From: Macrostomum hystrix
Taxonomy: Eukaryota > Animalia > Platyhelminthes
Length of the DNA: 64,000 bases
Direction: 5' to 3'
Assembly (NCBI GenBank): GCA_950097015.1
Contig: CATNEN010000001.1
Location: 24,056,001-24,120,000, forward strand
The notes beneath the pieces are model-generated. The model worked only from the letters and a program-made list of their open reading frames with translations. It searched no databases and was not told the origin of the DNA. Positions 25,800 through 34,692 of this stretch are shown here, in pieces; the first letter of the stretch is position 1, and each line of letters opens with the position of its first letter. Made by a program: the position numbers and the translations under genes.

Positions 25800-26517
25800 A
25801 GTAGTATGGGTTAGCAGAACCCTGCCGACACTGCGGAGATAGGAGGGCGGCCTAATGCATTTGAATGGGGGAGGGGTTGCCTATCCCAGAGCAGAGGACA
25901 CAGCCGACACTATGGAGATAGGAGGACATCGTAATGCATGTAGATAGTAGAGGCCGGCTATCTCTTTGCATTGGGGAGGGGTTAACACAGCTGGGATAGG
26001 AGGAGAGGCCGGCCTATCTCTTTGCATTGGGGAGGGGTTAACACAGCTGGAATAGGAGGAGAGGCCGGCCTATCTCTTTGCATTGGGGAGGGGTTAACAC
26101 AGCTGGAATAGGAGGAGAGGCCGGCCTATCTCTTTGCATTGGGGAGGGGTTAACACAGCTGGGATAGGAGAGGCCGGGAGGTGTTGGGTTAGAGTTGGAG
26201 ATAAGGGACGCAGAAAACATAGATTGAAAAAATTATCTATGGGGAGGGATAGAAAGGAAGTGATTGAGTGATAAAAACTAGATAGGAGGCGTAAAGGAAT
26301 GTTTGAGATTGCTGCGCCTATCTGTTTGCGCTAGGGAAGGCTAACACTGCAGAGTTGGGAGGCTCGGGAAAGAAATTGCGTAAAAAATGCAGTGAGTAAT
26401 TCTTCAGTACAAGAGTGTTAAAGCATTCAGCCTTTGTATGGGGGTGTGGGGGGCAAAGCCCCCCACAATTAATAACTCTGCCTTTGCAGCCCATCTCTTT
26501 GCACTGGGTACAGCTAG
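25800..26517 (+). repeat. Left terminal inverted repeat (718 bp) with four 56-bp internal tandem copies (~25950-26175)
   Basis: Reverse complement of 42815-43546 apart from a 14-bp indel; an identical 60-aa spurious ORF is called in both TIRs. Confidence 0.95.
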
Positions 26518-26899
26518 AGGAGGAAGAAGAAGATAGGAAGAAAGCATTGGGGTGGGGTGGGTGTGGCGTCCAATCCGATACTGGAGGGTGGGGAGGCATG
26601 GGGTGGGTGGGTGCCTGTGTCACAGTACAGGGATGAACTGATGGGATGCCGGCCTATCTGCTATAGAAGAACCCTGACGACACTGCGGAGATAGGAGGCT
26701 AGCCCGGCAGTGTATTTTGGAGTTTGGAGGGGCGCCGACAAACTCAGAACAGAGGAGGAATGAGATAGGAGGAAAGCATTGGGGTGAGTGTGGGGTGTGG
26801 CGTCCAATCCTACTTACCTACATATCTAGTCTGAGCTCCATCACAGGACAAACACCCACCCCAACTCTAGCCAATCAGAATCGAGCACACATTTTGGAT

Positions 26900-26910
26900 G
26901 GTATATAAGC
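26900..26910 (+). promoter_or_regulatory. TATA box upstream of the first Polinton ORF (CCAAT ~30 bp upstream)
   Basis: GGTATATAAGC ~85 bp before ATG 26989; GCCAATCAG at ~26870. Confidence 0.5.
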
Positions 26911-26988
26911 CCTCAAAAATCGTTAGGAAAGGAGCAAGTTTTCTCAGCTCGCAATTTACCTGATCTTAGCTTTTGACATTAGCTAGCG

Positions 26989-27726
26989 ATGGACATCTGC
27001 GACGGTTATAAGATTCAGGTTCAAGAGTACGAAGGCTTGAAGTACATAGCGATAAGAAAGTTCTACCGCCACGGCAGCACTGCAAGTCTGAAACCTGGCG
27101 TCCCTGGCTTCAACCTGAATGTTTGCCAATGGGAAAAGCTGAAGCAACTGAAGCGGTCGCTCGTAGTGTCTGCTCTCAAAAGCGAGTGCAAGGTGGTGAA
27201 ACTAGGTTTTGATAAGTTTATCGAAGTCAGGGACGGCATCATCTGGCTCAAGCGGCTGCCTGAGGACTGCTGCGAGGAATTCATGAAGCGTAACGCCGTA
27301 CCGCTGACCCCACCGCTGTGGAAGAAGCTGTGGCACAACGCATCATGGATAGACGGCCAGCTGTCGGCTCCCTTCAAGGACATGCGGACGAAGTACGAGC
27401 TGGAGTCAGATGAGGAAGAGCAGGACACGAAGCCCGTCCTGGAGGCCGAGAGATCTGAAGGCAATGGTGGAGACGGAGACGAGATCGGCTCGCCTAGAAT
27501 GCTGCAGATCGACACCGAGGCTGCCACATCCACGCCGCTTCCCCTGGCTAGCGCTGGGGATGGACGGATCCCGTCTCGGGACTCGGACTTGCGGGAGGAC
27601 CCGGTGTGGTACCAGTTCCGGGCGGCTGCGGCTGCGGCGGCCAGCGGTAGCAGGAAGCGCAAACAGCCGTTTCCACTTCGTCGGCAGGAGGCAATGAAGC
27701 TTACCAGGCTGCACTTCGATGAGTGA
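26989..27726 (+). CDS. PC4/Sub1-like (p15) ssDNA-binding / coactivator domain protein with acidic, NLS-bearing tail
   Basis: IQVQEYEGLKYIAIRKFY...LKPGVPGFNLNVCQWEKLK matches the PC4 pattern V..F.G...I.IR..Y...KPG.KGISL...QW..L; a weaker second repeat (VPLTPPLWKKL...IDGQL); SRKRKQP NLS-like. Confidence 0.72.
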   Translation: MDICDGYKIQVQEYEGLKYIAIRKFYRHGSTASLKPGVPGFNLNVCQWEKLKQLKRSLVVSALKSECKVVKLGFDKFIEVRDGIIWLKRLPEDCCEEFMKRNAVPLTPPLWKKLWHNASWIDGQLSAPFKDMRTKYELESDEEEQDTKPVLEAERSEGNGGDGDEIGSPRMLQIDTEAATSTPLPLASAGDGRIPSRDSDLREDPVWYQFRAAAAAAASGSRKRKQPFPLRRQEAMKLTRLHFDE

Positions 27727-27986
27727 CTGAACAGTGTGCTCTAATGCATCTGACTGCTTTTGTGCTCAAATCAGCTGCTCAATTTGTAATTTTGACAGTG
27801 TTAAAAGCCAGCTACTTAATGTTTTTTCCCATTTATTCAGTGTTCACAATTGCTTCTGCATTTTTATGGTGCTGGTTGTTTTTCGACGCCGGTCGATTTT
27901 CTGTTACAGTGAATAACAAAAAAAACCTAAGAAAATGAATTGGTCATGCTAGAGAAAGCAAGCCTTGCTTCGTTCTAAAACTGCTC

Positions 27987-29054
27987 ATGGAGAAAATTTA
28001 CTTTAACCCTGCTCAACCAGCCAGCTTTTCCAGTGCCTCAAAATTGCAGCATGAAATGAGAGAAAGAGGTGGTCGTGAGACCACTAAGAGCATAGAGCAG
28101 TGGCTGTGTGAGCAGCCAGTGCACACATTACACAAGCCAGCTAGAAGGCGATACCCAAGAGCACCAATCATAGTGCGATCCATTGACGATCAATGGGAGC
28201 TTGACTTGGTTGAGATGATTCCATTCGCAAAGTACAATAATGGCTACAAGTACATTCTCACATGCATTGATGTGCTGTCCAAATGTGCATGGGCCAGGCC
28301 ATTGAAAAATAAATCAGCTGCAGAAGTGAAGTCCGCATTCGAGAGCATTCTGAAATACTCAAAACGCCAGCCTCGCACAGTCCGCACAGATCAGGGGAAA
28401 GAGTTTCTCAACACTACTTTTCGCCAATTCTGCATAGAGCGGGGGATTCTGGCTTTCCCAACCAATAGTGAGCAGAAAGCAGCCATCATTGAGCGATGGA
28501 ACAGAACTCTGAAGAGCAAAATGTGGCGGTATTTCACGTACAAAAGCACCCTGCACTGGGTTGACGTGCTGTCCAAGCTAGTGAAGTCCTACAACAGCAC
28601 TTACCATAGAAGTATAAAAATGGCGCCAACAAGCGTCTGCAAAGATAATGAATCTGAGGTCTGGATGAACCTGTACGATGGGAAAGCAATTGAGACAATA
28701 GAGAAGCTGAAGAAGCCGAAATTCTGCGACAATCAGTTAGTGAGGATTTCCAATGCACCCAGGGTGTTCCGAAAGGGCTACAAGGCCAACTGGAGCGAGG
28801 AAGTGTACACTGTGGTGGCCAGGGCCCCGAAGCACTACCCGTACATGTACAAGATTAGAGACATGAAGGGGGAAGAGATTCGAGGCCTCTTCCATGAGCA
28901 TGAGCTGCAGGCTGTTCCGGACTCACAGCGGTTGTATGTGATTGAAAAGATTTTGAAGACTGAGAAACGTCATGGAAAAATCCGATATCTTGTGAAGTGG
29001 GCCGGCTACAACTCCACCGGGTGGGTGGATGAAAAGGACTTAAGAAAAGTCTAG
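27987..29054 (+). CDS. Polinton retroviral-like (rve) integrase with C-terminal chromodomain
   Basis: DDE: WELDLVEM / VRTDQGKEF / AIIERWNRTLK; YNSTYHRSIKMAP; KGYKANWSEEVY; chromodomain YVIEKILK...YLVKWAGY...WV. Confidence 0.96.
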   Translation: MEKIYFNPAQPASFSSASKLQHEMRERGGRETTKSIEQWLCEQPVHTLHKPARRRYPRAPIIVRSIDDQWELDLVEMIPFAKYNNGYKYILTCIDVLSKCAWARPLKNKSAAEVKSAFESILKYSKRQPRTVRTDQGKEFLNTTFRQFCIERGILAFPTNSEQKAAIIERWNRTLKSKMWRYFTYKSTLHWVDVLSKLVKSYNSTYHRSIKMAPTSVCKDNESEVWMNLYDGKAIETIEKLKKPKFCDNQLVRISNAPRVFRKGYKANWSEEVYTVVARAPKHYPYMYKIRDMKGEEIRGLFHEHELQAVPDSQRLYVIEKILKTEKRHGKIRYLVKWAGYNSTGWVDEKDLRKV

Positions 29055-29091
29055 TAGTAAACCTATTTCTGTGATAAAGGTATTTTCTATT

Positions 29092-29907
29092 ATGAGAAAC
29101 ATTGTTATCAACAGTGAACATGCTGAAGGTACTTCTAGTGACTTTCATTTTCACCTGCCTTCACCTATTTACTTGGATCGAAATGTGGACTATGAGGCAG
29201 GTCTGGTTGAAATCCATCTGCCTGCTTCATGGTACAATCTTGACGAACCTTACTGCGTCACTATCTCAGTTGGAAGAGAGCACGAGGCCCTGGTTCTTCA
29301 ACCTGGACGCTTTGCTAGAGTGGAGGAGCTGGTGGAGTGCCTGAATGAGCTGTTGGCCAACTCTGAGTCTCTGTTCTTTGATGCGAGGAGCGACAGAGAT
29401 GCTGAAATGGAGGCTGATGAATCAGGTCTGCTGGGACGTCGCGGTGATGCTAGGGACTTTGGAATAAAAATTGACATTCAAAACTCGAGAACAGTAGTGC
29501 AGAACAACACAGTGCAGGCAGAGCTGCATCTTCCGCCTAGCAAGATTCTGCAATGGCTTGGATTCAGCAACCAGGGATCAGTGAAAGTTCGACCTGGGCG
29601 GCTTGTCTCAGAGCGCTGCATCGGCTGCCCGCGCACCAATCTGATTAATGTGCACTGCAGCATCGTTGAGTCGAGCAATTGCAACGGCAACTCACTGCTG
29701 AGAACAGTTCGAATGAAACCTGATGCAGAATGGGGAAACTATCTGAGCCAAGTGTTTAAGAAAACCATCTTCTTTCCAATTCCGAGGATCAATTTTTTAC
29801 ACAGCCTTCGAGTTCAACTGCGAGATATTTTTGGTAGCCTTCTGGCCGCTCAGTCCTGCAGTCCCGTTCTGCTGACAGTTCAGATTCGGGAGAAAAGAAT
29901 TCAATGA
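29092..29907 (+). CDS. Minor capsid protein (penton, single jelly-roll)
   Basis: SDFHFHLPSPIYL...YEAGLVEIHLPASWYNL N-terminus and LINVHCSIVE...LLRTV...LRVQLRDIFG C-terminus typical of Maverick mCP; position next to MCP; first ATG at 29092. Confidence 0.8.
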   Translation: MRNIVINSEHAEGTSSDFHFHLPSPIYLDRNVDYEAGLVEIHLPASWYNLDEPYCVTISVGREHEALVLQPGRFARVEELVECLNELLANSESLFFDARSDRDAEMEADESGLLGRRGDARDFGIKIDIQNSRTVVQNNTVQAELHLPPSKILQWLGFSNQGSVKVRPGRLVSERCIGCPRTNLINVHCSIVESSNCNGNSLLRTVRMKPDAEWGNYLSQVFKKTIFFPIPRINFLHSLRVQLRDIFGSLLAAQSCSPVLLTVQIREKRIQ

Positions 29908-30284
29908 ATTACCAGCAGCTTATTCGGCAGTATTCGGGTGCGCGAACTGGCAAGCAGCCTGCACTGTACGGCTGCGGGAGCTCACCGGGACTCATGACGT
30001 TCCAGCCCCCATCGACTGCTCCATCAACGCTAGCTGCTGCTGGTCTCCCCAATGCTAAAAACTCTTCTATGCAATCAAAACGAAGGAAAAGAAAGTTGAA
30101 AAAAAGTAATAGTAATCATTGCAAAGACAACAAGATAAAGAAGAGCAGATCAAGAAGGAAGCAGAAAAGTTCAAGCAGGAAAAAGCTTAAGAAGAAGAGA
30201 ACTGGGAAGAGCAAGAAAGCAACAAGAAGGAAGCGAAAAGTCAGCAGCAAAACTGTGAAGCGCGTACTGGACTCTCTGTCATAG
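29904..30284 (+). CDS. Small Lys/Arg-rich protein, putative virion core/DNA-condensing protein
   Basis: C-terminal half dominated by K/R; LYGCG fits the adenain (M/I/L)xGx-G site; sits between mCP and MCP with ATGA overlap. Confidence 0.65.
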   Translation: MNYQQLIRQYSGARTGKQPALYGCGSSPGLMTFQPPSTAPSTLAAAGLPNAKNSSMQSKRRKRKLKKSNSNHCKDNKIKKSRSRRKQKSSSRKKLKKKRTGKSKKATRRKRKVSSKTVKRVLDSLS

Positions 30285-30287
30285 ACA

Positions 30288-31571
30288 ATGGCTTACGGAT
30301 TCAACCCCAGGCTCGACCTGTTCAAGACACCTGTGCTGCAGACTTGCATTGAGAAATCTGCCTATGTTGACATTCATCCTGTGAATTCCATTGTCGCAAA
30401 CTCACCCATTGAATTTGACTGCCACCAATCAGCTGATGAGTACACCGATTTAGTTAACTCATTTCTCTACATTCGGTGCCGCATTGTGAGACTGAATGGA
30501 GCATTGATGAGGGAGGATGAGCTGGGTGAGGATGGAGTTGTTGCAGACCGCAGAGACAGCAATGTGCATCCGGAAAATTTTGTTCTATCCACAGCCTTCT
30601 CAGATGTAATTGTTAGCATTAACCAGCGAATCGTCTCTGGGGGTGACCAGCTGTACCCGTACCATGCCTACTTCAAAGCACTGATGAGCTCATCCGATGC
30701 ACAGCAACTCAAATTTCACTCTGCCGGTTTCTTGGAACCCGACTCAGCTGATGAGGACCACACTGAGAACCACAGGACCTCCCAATGGAGGGAATATGCG
30801 GGACCACTCCTTAGCGACATTTTCCAGTGCCCTGTGTTTCTGCTGAACAATTTGCACCTGCACATCAAACTGGTGCCCAGTGATGGAGCATTTGGAATCA
30901 GAGCTCCAGCCGCCAACAACACCGCCTACAGGATGGAAATATCGCACTGCATCCTCTATCTTCGCCGAGTCAAAGTTCTGCCCCACATCAGCTTGGCTCA
31001 CGAGCAGGGACTGACTAATCAGAATGCGCTCTACCCAATTGAGCGAACTGAAATGCAAAACTTCATCCTGCCCCAGGGAATTCAGTCAAAAAATATTGAA
31101 GGATTCACGCACGGAAAGCTCCCGAAATTCATCATGCTGGCCTTCGTCAACCACCGAGCCTTCAATGGGCACCATCATTCCAGCCCGTTCCAGTTCCAAA
31201 ACTTCAACCTGAGTCAGCTTGCTCTCAAGAAAGGGGGTGAATCCATGTGCCACGGGGCATTTACACCTGAGAACAATTCGTTTGTGAGAGAGTATTTGCA
31301 CTACCTGAAAAGCTGTCAATCTGCGAGCCACACCAACTCGGTTCCATCGATTCCCTACCAGCTCTTCTCAAACGAGAACACAGTGTTCGCATTCGATCTG
31401 ACACCCGAGGGAGCGGCTCTGTGGTACGGGCAGAAGGAGGGAAACCTGCGGCTGGAGATTCGGTTCCGACAGGCCTTGGATGAAGCCGTGTCCCTGATTG
31501 TCATGTGTGTGTATGACTCACTGATTGAGGTCACCAAGCACAGGGAGCTATTGCTGGACTATTCATCTTAA
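30288..31571 (+). CDS. Major capsid protein (double jelly-roll, Maverick PY/hexon-like)
   Basis: LDLFKTP..QTCIE...PIEF...YTDL.NSFLY...YPYHAY...P.FLLN...YPIER...LPKFIMLAFV...AFNG...PFQF...FAFDLTP...GNLRLEIRF motifs; 427 aa. Confidence 0.9.
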   Translation: MAYGFNPRLDLFKTPVLQTCIEKSAYVDIHPVNSIVANSPIEFDCHQSADEYTDLVNSFLYIRCRIVRLNGALMREDELGEDGVVADRRDSNVHPENFVLSTAFSDVIVSINQRIVSGGDQLYPYHAYFKALMSSSDAQQLKFHSAGFLEPDSADEDHTENHRTSQWREYAGPLLSDIFQCPVFLLNNLHLHIKLVPSDGAFGIRAPAANNTAYRMEISHCILYLRRVKVLPHISLAHEQGLTNQNALYPIERTEMQNFILPQGIQSKNIEGFTHGKLPKFIMLAFVNHRAFNGHHHSSPFQFQNFNLSQLALKKGGESMCHGAFTPENNSFVREYLHYLKSCQSASHTNSVPSIPYQLFSNENTVFAFDLTPEGAALWYGQKEGNLRLEIRFRQALDEAVSLIVMCVYDSLIEVTKHRELLLDYSS

Positions 31572-32116
31572 TGAAAGTTGATATGGATGCCCTTCAGCTG
31601 CGTTCTCTTGCTAGATCCTTCCTGCTCAACAATCGAATCTTGATAGTCACCCTTTGCTTAAAGCAAAAGACCTGGATAATAAACTGGGATGAAGGAAGAA
31701 TGCGTGAGAAAATTCCCAATCACAACAGAATCATCAGCTTCTTCTTGATAAAACACAGCGTCTCGTTTGGACACTGGGTTGCATGTTTTGTTGACAATGG
31801 AAATGTAGTTGAATTATTTGATTCTCTCGGTTGGAATGCACAGACTCTGAATGCCATCCACCAATTTTTTGCTAATAAATTCAAGTTTCCTTTCCGCATG
31901 CTTTGCAATGTTAACCGAATCCAATGCAGTCAGTCGGACAAGTGCGGACTTTTCTGTCTCTATTTTGCATATCAAAGAATTGTTTTGAAGCGATCATTCG
32001 AATGGATTCTGCGAAATCTACACGTGAAAGAAAACTGCCCGTTGAATGACAGAATGCTTTGTCAGTTTGAAGCCAGCTTAAGAAAAAGAGGTTCATGGCG
32101 AAAAAGAAATACTTGA
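31571..32116 (+). CDS. Adenain/Ulp1-like cysteine maturation protease
   Basis: His-Asp-Gln-Cys set: GHWVA, FDSLG, IQCSQSDKCGLFCLYF. Confidence 0.9.
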   Translation: MKVDMDALQLRSLARSFLLNNRILIVTLCLKQKTWIINWDEGRMREKIPNHNRIISFFLIKHSVSFGHWVACFVDNGNVVELFDSLGWNAQTLNAIHQFFANKFKFPFRMLCNVNRIQCSQSDKCGLFCLYFAYQRIVLKRSFEWILRNLHVKENCPLNDRMLCQFEASLRKRGSWRKRNT

Positions 32117-32133
32117 AATAAAGCCCAACAGAG

Positions 32134-32781
32134 ATGGAGTCAGAAAGAGTGTACTATGATGTCCGCCTGCGACAGGGCAGCTGCATGATGGTCTGCGGAC
32201 CCACCAATGCTGGAAAGACAACCTTCGTGAAGCATCTAATACAGTACAGGGATGTATTATTCGACATCCAGCCTGGGAGAGTGCTCTGGTACTATGGGAT
32301 CGCACAGCCAGCGCATGCAGAGCTGAGCAGTCTTGGTGTGCAACTGCATCAGGGATTACCCACTAACTTTGAGAGCTCATTGATGAGCAATGATCTGGTC
32401 ATTTTTGATGACATGATTGATGAAACTTCTAACTCTGCTTCAATGCGAAATATTTTCACTGGACTCGCCCATCACCTGCCATGCTTTCTTGTAATGCTCA
32501 CTCAGAATATGTTTTTCAAGGGCAAGGAGTTGCGCACCATGAGCTTGAACACGATGTACTATGTGATCCTTAAAAACCCCAGAGACCAGCTGCAGATCGC
32601 TGCATTGGGCAGGCAGTGCTTTCCAGAGAAGCCTGGCTTCCTGCTTGAGGTGTTCAAGCATGTCACAGCGCAGGGCAGGGGGAGCTACCTGTTTCTGGAC
32701 TTTCACCCTTGCACTCCCGATGAGCTGCGAGTACGAGCCAGAATTCTGCCCAATCAGAGGCCACATCTGGTTTATGCTTAA
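32134..32781 (+). CDS. A32/FtsK-like DNA packaging ATPase
   Basis: Walker A GPTNAGKT, Walker B LVIFDDM, HH..LTQN.F...RTMSLN..Y...KNPRD, YLFLDFHP. Confidence 0.93.
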   Translation: MESERVYYDVRLRQGSCMMVCGPTNAGKTTFVKHLIQYRDVLFDIQPGRVLWYYGIAQPAHAELSSLGVQLHQGLPTNFESSLMSNDLVIFDDMIDETSNSASMRNIFTGLAHHLPCFLVMLTQNMFFKGKELRTMSLNTMYYVILKNPRDQLQIAALGRQCFPEKPGFLLEVFKHVTAQGRGSYLFLDFHPCTPDELRVRARILPNQRPHLVYA

Positions 32782-32824
32782 GAATATAGGTTGAGAAATG
32801 CTATTAGCCTGAATTATTGCAACT

Positions 32825-33148
32825 ATGGAAGTGTTCGAAGCTCATCAAAGTTTATTTGAAGTCCTTGCCTCTCCCAAATATACAATTAGCCTCAAGCGCG
32901 CAATAATAAAGCTGAGTCCGAAAGAAGCTTGCACTTTTCTTGTCGAGGCCTGTTACAACCTATTGAAAGAGAATTTGCCATTTTCTCTTGTTGAAAAGAC
33001 AGCGCTATTGAAATCTAAAAATATAATCCGCAGGATTCCCCGGCAAAGAAAACAGAGTGACTTACTCAAAGCTTCTTTTATCAGAATCCTCCCCATTCTG
33101 CTGAAACTTGTGAAAAAGAAGAGGAAAAGAGATGCACAAATTCAATGA
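32825..33148 (+). CDS. Small conserved-type Polinton protein of unknown function
   Basis: 107-aa ORF in the gene train; E.CYNLL...LP...K..L...K.IIR pattern resembles small Maverick ORFs that follow the ATPase. Confidence 0.6.
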   Translation: MEVFEAHQSLFEVLASPKYTISLKRAIIKLSPKEACTFLVEACYNLLKENLPFSLVEKTALLKSKNIIRRIPRQRKQSDLLKASFIRILPILLKLVKKKRKRDAQIQ

Positions 33149-33791
33149 GATGGTTCTGATCTCAAGGTCCGAGTATGAAATGCTGAGGAGGAGTGCCAAG
33201 ACCATTGAGTCTGTGAGTGACACGGCCATAAAGCAGGCACAGATGAAATGTGATGATATCCTGTTGGCCCAAGACTGCCCAGATGATATGAAGACAGCCC
33301 TGTACCAGAGTGCCATGAAGAGCTTGCTGTCAAAGCGAAAGCAGGCAGGGAAGGAAACTGCATCTGAAGACAAGAAAGCGAAGATGGTGAAAGCTGAGAC
33401 GCCACTAAGGAGCTGGGAAGAAAAGATCTGCCAGTCAGTGCCACAGAAGTTCAAACCCAGGGCTCGCAGTCTATGGGCCATCCTATCTGGCACCGAGTCT
33501 GCCATCCGTGTGTCCGATAATGGGGAGGTGAATATTTCTGGGAACTTGATCCCTGCCTCAAACATAGTGGATTTAATTCTGCACACAGTGAAGGACTCAA
33601 AAAGTTCCAGTGAGCCTGTGGGATGGGCTGCTTTCAGTGACTTGCTTCGTCAAAAGAATCTCAATGTGCCAATGTCAGCCGTAGGAAAATCTGTACAAAA
33701 AGAAATTCTGGAGTCAATTGAGAGCAAAGACGCACAGCCTTCAACCAAAGGACTGGGCAGCAAGTCTGCGTGGCTGAGGTTGAATAGGTGA
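33132..33791 (+). CDS. Conserved-type Polinton protein of unknown function
   Basis: P..FKPRARSL...GEVNISGNLIPASNIVDLI...P.GW..F..LL...NVP...VG...W pattern as recalled for a widespread Maverick ORF. Confidence 0.68.
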   Translation: MHKFNEMVLISRSEYEMLRRSAKTIESVSDTAIKQAQMKCDDILLAQDCPDDMKTALYQSAMKSLLSKRKQAGKETASEDKKAKMVKAETPLRSWEEKICQSVPQKFKPRARSLWAILSGTESAIRVSDNGEVNISGNLIPASNIVDLILHTVKDSKSSSEPVGWAAFSDLLRQKNLNVPMSAVGKSVQKEILESIESKDAQPSTKGLGSKSAWLRLNR

Positions 33792-33855
33792 AGAAAAAGT
33801 ATTTAAGAAAGGCAGCACAGTCGAATTCTGCTGGTTTTAAGGCACCCGCTTGAGC

Positions 33856-34692
33856 ATGAACTACATAGACATTCAAGGCTTCCCGTGTGATGGAGAGAAT
33901 GATAACTTCATCGTGAAGGAGCTGGCAGTCCTCGAAGTAAAAAAGGGAAGCTACCACATTTCCCACCATGTGTACGCCCCACCGCATCCGTGGGAGAGAG
34001 TGTCACCCGACATGCGAATGTACTACAGTCAGCTCACGAAACATCAGCATAAATTCAAGTGGAGCGATGGAAGCCGGCCGTATTTTCAATTGGCCGATGA
34101 CATTGTGAGCATTGGAGGCGGAGTCACTTGGACAAGCGGAGAGGAAAAATCTATTTTTCTGACTGAGCTGCTAGGCAGACAGGTATTCAACCTAGACGAT
34201 CTGAGCTCACCTTCCACCAAGGAGTCAGCTAGCGGCTGTGCTGTGAGAAATGCATTGCTGTACTACAGTTGGCTAAGGCCAAAGTTCTGCATCAGCTTAA
34301 GAAGCGAGCAGTGTCCATGGCACAAGAGTTTCAGCGACATCAGCAGTCAAAGTATTCAAAATGAGTGCAGGAACCACAACACTGAGTGTCACCAACCTGG
34401 TTGGCGGAGTGGATCTGAAACTGGTTGGAGGCAGGGGCGCCCAGCTGCCTCTAAGAGAACTGGCTCTCAGCATGGCGCATGTGATCTACCGACCCGTTTG
34501 GCCCCGGGTGCTCATCAAGCAGATGCGAAATCCCAGGGTAACTCTGCTGCTCTACCCCACTGGGCAACTGAGCATCTGTGGCGCCAAGAGCTACGCAGAC
34601 GCGGCCAGGGCTGCCCGTCGCTTCGTGGCTATGCTGCATCGCAGAGTGCCGGTTCAACTGCTGCCTCCTCAATCCATTTGTGTTCGAATTAA
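33856..34692 (+). CDS. DEDD/DnaQ-like (RNase H fold) nuclease-like protein; 3' part overlaps the TBP-like ORF in another frame
   Basis: N-terminal YIDIQGF...FIVKELAVL...PP.PW...H.FKW.DG..PY...GEEK..FL...NL...CAVRNA...W pattern; sequence after ~34290 looks like off-frame read-through. Confidence 0.6.
   Translation: MNYIDIQGFPCDGENDNFIVKELAVLEVKKGSYHISHHVYAPPHPWERVSPDMRMYYSQLTKHQHKFKWSDGSRPYFQLADDIVSIGGGVTWTSGEEKSIFLTELLGRQVFNLDDLSSPSTKESASGCAVRNALLYYSWLRPKFCISLRSEQCPWHKSFSDISSQSIQNECRNHNTECHQPGWRSGSETGWRQGRPAASKRTGSQHGACDLPTRLAPGAHQADAKSQGNSAALPHWATEHLWRQELRRRGQGCPSLRGYAASQSAGSTAASSIHLCSN

Noticed and set aside
23957-25814. 500+ aa ORFs in five frames, and similar ORFs at 43892-45619 and 59896-60621
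   Set aside because: Satellite artefacts
29053-29059. Internal AGTAGTA matching the element terminus
   Set aside because: Only 7 bp, overlapping the integrase stop codon; no further TIR similarity
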